Below, piece by piece: positions 39,126-47,089 of a stretch of DNA of 64,000 bases. Under the pieces are notes generated by a model. The model had not been told where the DNA came from. It did not search any database and was given only the letters and a program-made list of their open reading frames with translations. This DNA comes from an uncultured cyanobacterium (GTDB lineage: Bacteria > Cyanobacteriota > Cyanobacteriia > Phormidesmidales > Phormidesmidaceae), in the NCBI GenBank assembly GCA_963793265.1, contig CAWBZI010000007.1, forward strand, positions 288,001 to 352,000. The letters are read 5' to 3'. The translations under genes and the position numbers were made by a program. Positions within the stretch are counted from its first letter, which is position 1. Every line of letters begins with the position of its first letter.

Positions 39126-40736
39126 CTAAGCCGCCTGTACCCGACTGGCAACACCCTCTACCGCCGCCAGCGCCGATCTCACAGAGCCTTCCTGCCACCC
39201 TGTTAGATAGCTTAAATGTTCTCCTGCCAAAAATATTGGCCCATCAGGCTGCAATAACACTTGATAAGCCCCTTCTCTTTGTTCATCTTCCCATTCAGCC
39301 CATCCGCCTTGACTATACGGCACATTCTCCCAGGCAATCGTTACCCCATTTGCCGCCGATACTTCTGTTGCATAGTCAGGATGAATGGCGCTACCCTCCT
39401 CAATCGCTTTGGCTAAGCGGGCCTCGGGCGATAATGTGCCCCACACATTGCCAATCGGGTTATCCCAAATATAGGCACCGACTAAAATGCCTGTATCGCT
39501 TTGAAAATCGGTAGAAGGATACCAAATTTGCGTGATGTCTCGTTCTGTCCAAGAGATGCCGCCGTAGATGTTAGAGTCTTCTTCCCAAAAGCGTCGATTG
39601 GCCTGGAATGCAACCTTCACCGCGTTCGCATAAATGCCTTTACTCTCCTCAATCGCCGCCGTCATCTCTGGTGAAAAGTCCGCATCTACAGTCGCTAATA
39701 CAGGTAGAGGAAATGTGCAGATAGTGTAGTTTGCCTCTAGAGCTTTCTCTTCATCCGTTGCTAGATTTTTGTAAACAACTCTCACACCCTCTGGCGTTTT
39801 CCGAATTTCACTGACCTCAGCGTTATATTCAATTAGCGCTCCCACTTCTCGCTCAAACGCCTTGATAATCTGATCCATGCCGCCAACGGGCTCTAACATG
39901 GTTGCAGCCTGGGTATAGCCTTCGCCAAAGTGAAGCTTATAGTCCCAAAAGTCCGAGCTGAGCAGCTCGGCTAATCCTAAAGGCTCAAACGCCTCGCCTA
40001 CGTCGTTGCCCGCTGCTGGCCCGGCTACATAGCCGCCGCGCGAACCGCCTACATAGGTGTAATCGTCGCCTAAACTGCCAAAGCTTTTGACAAATGCCAT
40101 CAGCCGCTCTTGGTCAAGTCCTGACACGGCCTGATCGAGAGATTTTTGACTAATCGCCTTGGCCAGCAGCTCAGCAATATAGCCTCGGCTGTCGTTCACG
40201 ACCCGGCGGTTGAGCATAGGCGAACCATTGAAGGCTTTGTCGTCTTGAAAATAAGCGGCTCTGTTTTCATTAACACGCACCTGTAGGGGCACACCTAATT
40301 CTTTGCAGTATCCTAGAATCGCCGTGTGATGGTATGGAATGCGGGCAGGCCCCGGATTAAAGTACAGGCTCTGGTTGCCCTCATCGAAAGGGCAGATTTG
40401 CTCAGTATCGAATTCTTTAACAACATCGCCGCCTCGAATGGTTTGACAGCGACCGCCTGCGCGATCGCGTGCCTCTAACACAACGCACTCATACCCTGCC
40501 TTTGTCAGCTCATAGGCCGCCGTCATCCCAGCAATGCCAGCCCCCAAAATAGCAATTGTGGTGCCGTTACCTGACTGGGCCTGCAATGCTGGCTTTTGAA
40601 TGGCTTCGGCAGGTGCTAGCAGTCCCATTTCCTTCATAGTCGTCAGCACAGCCGCCGTGCCTCCGGCCCTGCCCACCATTTTTAAAAACCGCCGTCTTGA
40701 AGGAGAACCTACCGGGCGATGGCGAGAATTAGACAT
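39126..40736 (-). CDS. Flavin monoamine oxidase/L-amino acid oxidase with Tat signal
   Basis: SRRRFLK twin-arginine motif; ILGAGIAG, LEARDRAGGR, FNPGPARIP, GGMDQI, AGEHLSYLTGWQEG. Confidence 0.9.
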   Translation of the reverse strand: MSNSRHRPVGSPSRRRFLKMVGRAGGTAAVLTTMKEMGLLAPAEAIQKPALQAQSGNGTTIAILGAGIAGMTAAYELTKAGYECVVLEARDRAGGRCQTIRGGDVVKEFDTEQICPFDEGNQSLYFNPGPARIPYHHTAILGYCKELGVPLQVRVNENRAAYFQDDKAFNGSPMLNRRVVNDSRGYIAELLAKAISQKSLDQAVSGLDQERLMAFVKSFGSLGDDYTYVGGSRGGYVAGPAAGNDVGEAFEPLGLAELLSSDFWDYKLHFGEGYTQAATMLEPVGGMDQIIKAFEREVGALIEYNAEVSEIRKTPEGVRVVYKNLATDEEKALEANYTICTFPLPVLATVDADFSPEMTAAIEESKGIYANAVKVAFQANRRFWEEDSNIYGGISWTERDITQIWYPSTDFQSDTGILVGAYIWDNPIGNVWGTLSPEARLAKAIEEGSAIHPDYATEVSAANGVTIAWENVPYSQGGWAEWEDEQREGAYQVLLQPDGPIFLAGEHLSYLTGWQEGSVRSALAAVEGVASRVQAA

Positions 40737-40833
40737 ACAACACACCCTGCTTAAAACGTAGATTTTTAAGCAGTATGCACCAAGAGTCAATTTAAAAACT
40801 GTTCAATGAGCGACTGAAATCTGTCGCAAAATG

Positions 40834-40849
40834 TGTGATGTGCCTCACA
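40834..40849. promoter_or_regulatory. CRP (SyCRP1)-type binding site
   Basis: TGTGA-TGTGCC-TCACA, an exact TGTGA-N6-TCACA match, about 100 nt upstream of the oxidase start. Confidence 0.6.
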
Positions 40850-40871
40850 GGTTTTAAATGCGTTCCGTCAC

Positions 40872-40907
40872 AGCTACAGCTACAAGAGATTTTTTGTAGC
40901 TGTAGCT
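40872..40907. repeat. Perfect 14-bp inverted repeat
   Basis: AGCTACAGCTACAA-gagatttt-TTGTAGCTGTAGCT. Confidence 0.9.
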
Positions 40908-40910
40908 ACA
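40895..40910. promoter_or_regulatory. NtcA binding site
   Basis: TGTA-GCTGTAGC-TACA (GTA-N8-TAC) with T- and A-run flanks, upstream of an ammonium-releasing oxidase operon. Confidence 0.7.
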
Positions 40911-40930
40911 AAAGCAATGTATCTCGAACC

Positions 40931-42469
40931 TCACTGCATGCTAACACCTGCTGCTCTGAGCATATACGCCGCGCTAAAGTGACTCTGCCCAGGAGAAGAT
41001 CGCTGCTGCCGGGCTTGGGCGTCGGCCTCTGCGTATCGCGCTTTGTTACTGCTGACTAGCTCTACTGCTGAAACAAAGTATTCAGTGGCCGAGCGCAAGG
41101 GCCTTTGCTGAGCCAAGTCGTAGGCGTACAGCGTCTTGCCATCTTCAACAAGGCGCTTGAGATCTGCGCCTGTAAACCCTGTTGTTTCAGACACTATTTT
41201 AGAAACGTCTGCCCCTGATAGCACAGCCGGTAGCTGGCTAAGATGCTGCTTTAGAATGTCTCCTCTGGCTTCATCATTCGGAAGCTGTAGCTCTAGCCAA
41301 AGCTCAATCCGCCCAGACCTCACCAAGGCAGGCGGCAAGCTGCTTACGTTCATCGCCGTCATCATCAGACACACGCGGCCAGCGTTTTCACTTTCTAATC
41401 CGTCTAGTAGCGTGAGCAGATAGCGGTAAAATCCTAGCTCGTCGCCACCTTCAAAAATCACGTCGCCATCATCGATAAAAACAACGGCAGGCGCGTTTTG
41501 TTTGGCGGCCTCAAAGATTTGATGAACCTTACCGTAAAAGTCTCCTGTGCCGGAAATGATCGTGCCGTCTATGAGAAAGAACTTGCTTCTTAGCCGGTGG
41601 GCCAGCGCGCGGCCAATGGTGGTTTTGCCGGTGCCTGGCGGCCCTACGAGAAGCACGCCGCGCTTGGGCTTCAGGTTTAGTTCAGTCGCGATCGCATCAT
41701 TCTCCAAAGGCAAAATGATATTAGCTTCCAAACTCTCCACAACGCTCTCCACACCTTTAAGCGCGCTTAGCTCAACTGCCTGTACCTCGCCTAAGTCAAT
41801 ATTGCTCACGAGCTGCCGGGCTTTAAGATATTCAATAAAGCTATCAGTACTTGTATCAGCCTCTAGTGCATCTGCTTGCTTTAGCCACAAGCAGGCGTCT
41901 TTGATTTGGTAGGCGTTTAGCTTACTCGCAAAGCGATAGATTTTAGCATGATCGAGAGTTTGCGCGACCTCGCCCAAATAGTGCTCACACAAAAACTGAT
42001 AGTCTTCTACCGTTAGTCGAGTTATGCTCATCCATCCGGCCCCCTGAGTAAGAAAACCCATCCCGCAAGGCTGACCCGAGAAAATTAGATTTTTGTCAGA
42101 CTGGGCCGCGTAGGTAGAAACAATCTTAAGCGGAATATCTAGCAGTCTAGCGCGAGGATAGAACTGGTTTTGAAGCGTTGTGCACAGCAGATGCATATCA
42201 TCAACTACAACAACATCGTGCGCTTTGAGGGCAGATAGAACCAGCTCCTCAAACACTTCCTCCATCGCAAACGGGTGGCCCTGACGCACTGAGTCTATAA
42301 AGTCTTTGAACTGAAAGACTGTCCCGCCTAGCTGCTCAAGCATGGCGTTGATGATTGTTGTTTTGCCTGAGCCACTTTCTCCAGAAAGCACGAAAGTAGA
42401 ATACAGCGGCATTTGCTGAAGCAGGCCGTTGAACGTTTTTTCTTGAGAAGGATAAAGCGATTTAGGCAT
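40931..42469 (-). CDS. AAA+ ATPase with two P-loop modules
   Basis: GESGSGKT...VVVVDD; GPPGTGKT...VVFIDDGD; SRH LPPALVRSGRIE; lid TGFTGADL. Confidence 0.88.
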   Translation of the reverse strand: MPKSLYPSQEKTFNGLLQQMPLYSTFVLSGESGSGKTTIINAMLEQLGGTVFQFKDFIDSVRQGHPFAMEEVFEELVLSALKAHDVVVVDDMHLLCTTLQNQFYPRARLLDIPLKIVSTYAAQSDKNLIFSGQPCGMGFLTQGAGWMSITRLTVEDYQFLCEHYLGEVAQTLDHAKIYRFASKLNAYQIKDACLWLKQADALEADTSTDSFIEYLKARQLVSNIDLGEVQAVELSALKGVESVVESLEANIILPLENDAIATELNLKPKRGVLLVGPPGTGKTTIGRALAHRLRSKFFLIDGTIISGTGDFYGKVHQIFEAAKQNAPAVVFIDDGDVIFEGGDELGFYRYLLTLLDGLESENAGRVCLMMTAMNVSSLPPALVRSGRIELWLELQLPNDEARGDILKQHLSQLPAVLSGADVSKIVSETTGFTGADLKRLVEDGKTLYAYDLAQQRPLRSATEYFVSAVELVSSNKARYAEADAQARQQRSSPGQSHFSAAYMLRAAGVSMQ

Positions 42470-42661
42470 GGCTAGAACCTTGTACAAAATTGCTGGGGCT
42501 GACAGAGTTGATGAACGATAACGTACATTTGTATTATTTTCAAGAGAATTCTGCTATTTTCTACGTATTCGTGAGAATTCTTAAGGTGGCTCTTGCACAG
42601 ATAGTCGGCATTGCCGATAATACAAGCTATCTACTTAATCACTGACTTGTACAGATATCTA

Positions 42662-43006
42662 ATGGTTAATGTGTCTATTGTAAAATCTGAGCTGTTAGAA
42701 AAAATGGTTCAAGCCATCGTCAAGGTAGCTGAGCCTGAGAAAATAGTTCTCTTTGGCTCTAGAGCAAAAGGAACTGCTCAATTCGATTCTGATTATGACT
42801 TTTTAGTCATCAAATCAAAGTCATATTTTGAGAAATATAGTCGTCGTAAAGAGTCTGGTAATTTGAGGCGAGCGCTGGCGAAGTTTGAAGTGTCGAAGGA
42901 TATTTTAATGTACAGCGCTGACGAGGTAGAGCAGAGACAGAACTGGAGAAACGATATTGTTTCTTGCGCCTTGAAAGAAGGTCAGGTGCTCTATGAACGA
43001 TCTTGA
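42662..43006 (+). CDS. Minimal nucleotidyltransferase (MNT) of an MNT-HEPN pair
   Basis: LFGSRAKGTAQFDSDYDFLV (GSx10DxD); ALKEGQVLYE. Confidence 0.9.
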   Translation: MVNVSIVKSELLEKMVQAIVKVAEPEKIVLFGSRAKGTAQFDSDYDFLVIKSKSYFEKYSRRKESGNLRRALAKFEVSKDILMYSADEVEQRQNWRNDIVSCALKEGQVLYERS

Positions 43007-43424
43007 GAAGGCTCAAGAACTCTTTAAAGCTTCTGAAAGAGAACTGAGAGGTTTGATTGGAATGCTTCAAGTTAAGGACATGTTTTCCGATGAGTTTTTT
43101 GGACAACACGTACAACAGGCAACCGAAAAACTTCTAAAAGCATGGATAGCGGCACTTGGCGAAGATTTTCCATACACACATGATTTGGAGCGTTTGCTTC
43201 AGCAGCTAGACGATTTACGGGGTGATGTTGCTGACTATTGGAGCTTGGTAGATTTTACCGACTTTGCTGTGAGGATCAAATATGAATCTTTGCTAGCAGA
43301 TGTCGAACCTATTGAACGAGAGGCTGTAGTTGCACAAGTTCAAAGTCTTTATGACCGAGTAAAGACCTTATTGCAGCCATCAAATGAAGGATCATTCACG
43401 GAACAAGAACTGCCTAAAAATTAG
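42993..43424 (+). CDS. HEPN domain protein
   Basis: HVQQATEKLLKAWI, PYTHDLERL; overlaps the MNT stop by 14 nt. Confidence 0.88.
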   Translation: MNDLEKAQELFKASERELRGLIGMLQVKDMFSDEFFGQHVQQATEKLLKAWIAALGEDFPYTHDLERLLQQLDDLRGDVADYWSLVDFTDFAVRIKYESLLADVEPIEREAVVAQVQSLYDRVKTLLQPSNEGSFTEQELPKN

Positions 43425-43463
43425 ATTTGTTATGGAAATATATTTAGACAGATCGCGAGTTTT

Positions 43464-44114
43464 CTAAGGCAACAAATGTTCGTGTGCCCAGAGTGCGGCT
43501 TGGGTGCGATCGCGTGCCTCTAAAAGACTAAAAATATTGGTCAAATGATTCTTAATTGTGCCCTCGGTTAAATGCAGCGCCGCCGCGATCTCTCTGTTGC
43601 TACAGCCTTTGCCCAACAGCTTCAATATCTCTAGCTCACGAGCATTGAACAGTCTTATAGTATCTTTTTCAGGCGTAGCTTTGGGCGTGGCGATCGCTGC
43701 TCTCACCTGAGAGAATACCTTAGTAGCAATCGTGGGGCCAAGCTGAGAGTAGCCGTGATGGACGTTGCGAATCGCGATCGCAACCTGTTTAGCAGGCGTA
43801 CTCTTAAGCAAATAGCCCAGCGCCCCCATCTCTAAAGACTGAAACACATAGTCATCTTCATCAAACGTCGTCAGCACCAAAATCCGAATCCAGGGAAACT
43901 GCTGGTGGATCTGGCGCGTGGCTTCTACGCCATTACACACCGGCATCCGCATATCCATCAAAATCACATCGGGCTGAAGCTGAGCGCTTAATTCTCTTGA
44001 CTCTTGCCCATCACTAGCCTCGCCCACAATCTCAAAATCCGTCTCTAGCCTCAGCAAAGATGCCAGACCTTGCCTAAACATAGGCTGATCGTCCACCAGC
44101 AAAATCTTAATCAT
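43464..44114 (-). CDS. NarL/LuxR-family response regulator
   Basis: LLVDDQ, LMDMRMP, LTTFD, YLLK; LuxR HTH SNREIAAALHLTEGTIKNH. Confidence 0.93.
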   Translation of the reverse strand: MIKILLVDDQPMFRQGLASLLRLETDFEIVGEASDGQESRELSAQLQPDVILMDMRMPVCNGVEATRQIHQQFPWIRILVLTTFDEDDYVFQSLEMGALGYLLKSTPAKQVAIAIRNVHHGYSQLGPTIATKVFSQVRAAIATPKATPEKDTIRLFNARELEILKLLGKGCSNREIAAALHLTEGTIKNHLTNIFSLLEARDRTQAALWAHEHLLP

Positions 44115-45415
44115 CGCGGAATCACTACTCGAATAGTCGTGCCTACAGCGGCGGTGCTCTGTATTGTCATCTGACCTCTCAATAAGTGCACACGCTCCTG
44201 CATTCCTCGTAAACCAAATCCAGTGTTAGACGTCTTATGTGAGAACCCAACGCCGTTATCTGAAAGTTCTAACGTGACCTTTTTGGCAGTTGTTTGTATC
44301 CATAGGTTAAGCTCGGAGGCTTGAGCGTGCTTGCCAACGTTGACTAAGCCTTCTTTAACAATTAGATATAGCTGTTGGTTCACCTGAAGCGGCAGGATAG
44401 GGACATCAATTTGGGTGGTCACCTCAAGGTGATGCGTTTGCTTGATTTGTGCTATGAGATTAGCGATCGCCTCTTCTAAATCAAAGTCGCTGTGGCGCAT
44501 CGTAGAAACAGCGCGACGCACGTCCTGCAAAGACTCGCTGGAAAGCTCTTTAGCAATATTTAATGCCCGCAATGACTCATCAGGGTTTTGCGTGCGAAGC
44601 GTTTGCGCGACCTCTAGCTGCACATCAAGGGTCGTGAGCGTATGACCGAGCGAATCATGAATGTTTCGAGCAATTCGAGTCCTTTCTAGATCTGCGGCTA
44701 AAGCCTCTACTGTTTGGGCGAGTTCTACGGCCTGCTGCCTGCTTTTGCGCTCGGTAAGTATTGCCATACTCAACAGAACCACTAAAAAGCTCAGCGTGAT
44801 ATAAATAGTGCTGCTATTGACCAGCTCAGCTAAAAACAACAGTGACTTATTAGGTGCTGCTAAAAAATAGCCGTAGTCCTTTCGCAGCACTTCTACCGGC
44901 CCAAAGTAGCTGTGAGACATATTTTTTGCCACCCCTAGCTGCCAGGCAACGCCACCGGCAATAGTGGTAAAAATCACGTCTGAACGGCTTAGCAAAAAAC
45001 AGCTTTTCACCAAAACCAAATACATGATTGGATCGAGATCCCAGCCTGCAAAGGTTCGCCCTGCAAGCAAACAAACAATCTCTATAAAAATGTAGCCTCG
45101 CCGCTGCCACAGAGGCCGGTTGACTGGAAAGACATTGCTCAACGCGGCTAATACAAAGACTAACGCCAGCGCTAAATAGTTTCCGGCATCGGCGCGAAAG
45201 CTTGAAGATTTGCTCAGCACCTCCATCAGCAGCCGTAAGGCCAGCGCCAACAAAGAAGCCCACTCTATATAAAGCAGGGCCCTGTAGATAGAAGGGGCGA
45301 TTGTTTGGGCTGCATTTGAGCGCGACGCGGCAGTTGTCGTCACAGGTTCCTTGTTTGAAGCGTGTTGAGTGCGATATTTAATCACAGCGCCGCCCTTTTT
45401 ATCAGGTGAGGTCAA
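44111..45415 (-). CDS. HisKA_3 sensor histidine kinase
   Basis: N-terminal TM segments; ERTRIARNIHDSLGH; EGLVNVGKHA; DNGVGF; GFGLRGMQER. Start uncertain. Confidence 0.92.
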   Translation of the reverse strand: MTSPDKKGGAVIKYRTQHASNKEPVTTTAASRSNAAQTIAPSIYRALLYIEWASLLALALRLLMEVLSKSSSFRADAGNYLALALVFVLAALSNVFPVNRPLWQRRGYIFIEIVCLLAGRTFAGWDLDPIMYLVLVKSCFLLSRSDVIFTTIAGGVAWQLGVAKNMSHSYFGPVEVLRKDYGYFLAAPNKSLLFLAELVNSSTIYITLSFLVVLLSMAILTERKSRQQAVELAQTVEALAADLERTRIARNIHDSLGHTLTTLDVQLEVAQTLRTQNPDESLRALNIAKELSSESLQDVRRAVSTMRHSDFDLEEAIANLIAQIKQTHHLEVTTQIDVPILPLQVNQQLYLIVKEGLVNVGKHAQASELNLWIQTTAKKVTLELSDNGVGFSHKTSNTGFGLRGMQERVHLLRGQMTIQSTAAVGTTIRVVIPR

Positions 45416-45548
45416 TGTATAAATTCAAGCAGAATAATGACTGGCTGTTTCAGTACGGTATCTATCTTTTTTAATAGATCACACTTACCAAAGCAGCTTA
45501 ACTAAAACATTATCTAGCCCTTATCAGAATTTTCTATAAACCTTAGAA

Positions 45549-45579
45549 GTGACAAACGTCATGATTTGGCATGACGTTT
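45549..45579. promoter_or_regulatory. Inverted-repeat operator, candidate site for the NarL-type regulator
   Basis: TGAC-AAAC-GTCA overlapping a perfect 10-bp IR AAACGTCATG-N6-CATGACGTTT (45554-45579); TAGTAT -10-like hexamer at 45609-45614. Confidence 0.55.
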
Positions 45580-45646
45580 CGCTATAGGAGAGGGCAGACA
45601 AGCGTCGCTAGTATTCGGGCAAGACCGCTGCTACAACAAACGAACT

Positions 45647-46330
45647 ATGAACCATTTTTCAGTATTAATTTGGCTATTGCGCGATCGCCGCAAGTTTTTA
45701 GATGATGTGCGATCGCATACTAAACTAGACACCAAAATCGCCTCGCTCTTAGTTGCCAGCAGCCTATTTTTCTCAATATACGGTGCCATCATCGGCTCCT
45801 ATGGCGGCGGCTTACAAATCATCTCTTCTGCTATCAAGCTCCCTTCGCTATACCTCTTAACGCTAGTTATCTGTCTGCCTGCGCTTTACTTCTTTGATAT
45901 TCTCTTCGGCTCTAAGCTGAGCTTTAAGCAGTATGCAGCCATGGCGCTGACCTCGGTTGCCGTCATTAGCGTGTTGTTGTTTAGCTTCGCGCCAGTCGTC
46001 CTGTTCTTTTTAATTTCGGTGAGAGGCTACGACTTCTTTTTGATGCTGAACGTACTGGTGATGGCGATTACAGGCTGCGTTGGCGTGAGACTCTTTTACA
46101 AGGGGATGCTCGATATGGTAGGCCCGCAGGCCATTGAGCAAACTATGCGTCGCCGGTTATTACAAGGATGGGTTGTGCTGTATGCCCTAGTGGGCTCACA
46201 GCTTGGCTGGACGCTTAGACCCTTTGTCGGCAGCAACAGCGAGGCTTTTCAGATTTTTAGGCCCGAAATTGACGGCAATTTTTATGCTCAAGTTGTTCGC
46301 TCTATTAGCTCTATGCTGGGTCTGAATTGA
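45647..46330 (+). CDS. Conserved membrane protein (about 5 TM segments)
   Basis: SSAIKLP, ICLPALY, YALVGSQLGWTLRPFVG, GNFY. Confidence 0.75.
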   Translation: MNHFSVLIWLLRDRRKFLDDVRSHTKLDTKIASLLVASSLFFSIYGAIIGSYGGGLQIISSAIKLPSLYLLTLVICLPALYFFDILFGSKLSFKQYAAMALTSVAVISVLLFSFAPVVLFFLISVRGYDFFLMLNVLVMAITGCVGVRLFYKGMLDMVGPQAIEQTMRRRLLQGWVVLYALVGSQLGWTLRPFVGSNSEAFQIFRPEIDGNFYAQVVRSISSMLGLN

Positions 46331-46376
46331 TCGCTCCAGATCGGCGTGAAGGAACTGGGCGTTAGGAACACCAACT

Positions 46377-47075
46377 ATGAATGAAGGATCGATTCGCTTA
46401 GACAGTTTAAGAATCGGCTCACAAGAGCTAGACGAGATAACAGGCTTAGATATTAGCTATATGACAATGGGATGGGCTTACCGTCAGCGTGCGTTTGAGC
46501 CTGAGCATCGATGGGCGTTGTTGATCGATCAAGTGCTGAGCGGCTGTATGGCGCTGGTGCTGTGCATTCCGATTATGGTAACGCTGGTGCGGGCGGCAAG
46601 TGGCGACGATGTGCAGGCTGTGTGGCGATCGCTGCCGATAGGGTTTTTGGGTGCGATCGCGCTTACCCTTGTCTGGAATCTCTTTCGCTGGCAAGCAGGC
46701 AAGCGTCTGATCACGCTAAGCCACCTACTCGACGAAATTGACCGCTTTAACGAGATGGTTGTCGCCGTCGAAATTTTAGAAGAACTTGGCTCAACAACAC
46801 AGCCGCTCACGCTAGAAAACCGACATGACGTGATAGAAGCGCTTCATTTAACCCGAGAGAATTTGGTATATGGGCTCTCTACAGAGCGAATTATGCGCAG
46901 GCACCAGCGGTTTATGGCCCGCCGTCAGGAAATGTTCTCTAGCATTGAGAGAAACTTAGTCACACTGCATCTCTTAGATGTCAGTAATGAGGCCAGCGAG
47001 TATGGCCAACTGCTCAATGAGGCCATCATGATTGGTATTAGCGTCCGTGAAGAATTAGCAAAAGATTCTCTTTAA
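46377..47075 (+). CDS. Hypothetical protein, two TM segments plus helical C-terminus
   Basis: 232-aa ORF at operon spacing from its neighbours. Confidence 0.7.
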   Translation: MNEGSIRLDSLRIGSQELDEITGLDISYMTMGWAYRQRAFEPEHRWALLIDQVLSGCMALVLCIPIMVTLVRAASGDDVQAVWRSLPIGFLGAIALTLVWNLFRWQAGKRLITLSHLLDEIDRFNEMVVAVEILEELGSTTQPLTLENRHDVIEALHLTRENLVYGLSTERIMRRHQRFMARRQEMFSSIERNLVTLHLLDVSNEASEYGQLLNEAIMIGISVREELAKDSL

Positions 47076-47089
47076 TTTCGCCTACTATC

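Noticed and set aside
42522..42535. LexA-like box CGTACATTTGTATT between the AAA and MNT genes
   Set aside because: Mismatches in both half-sites and no SOS-type gene context.
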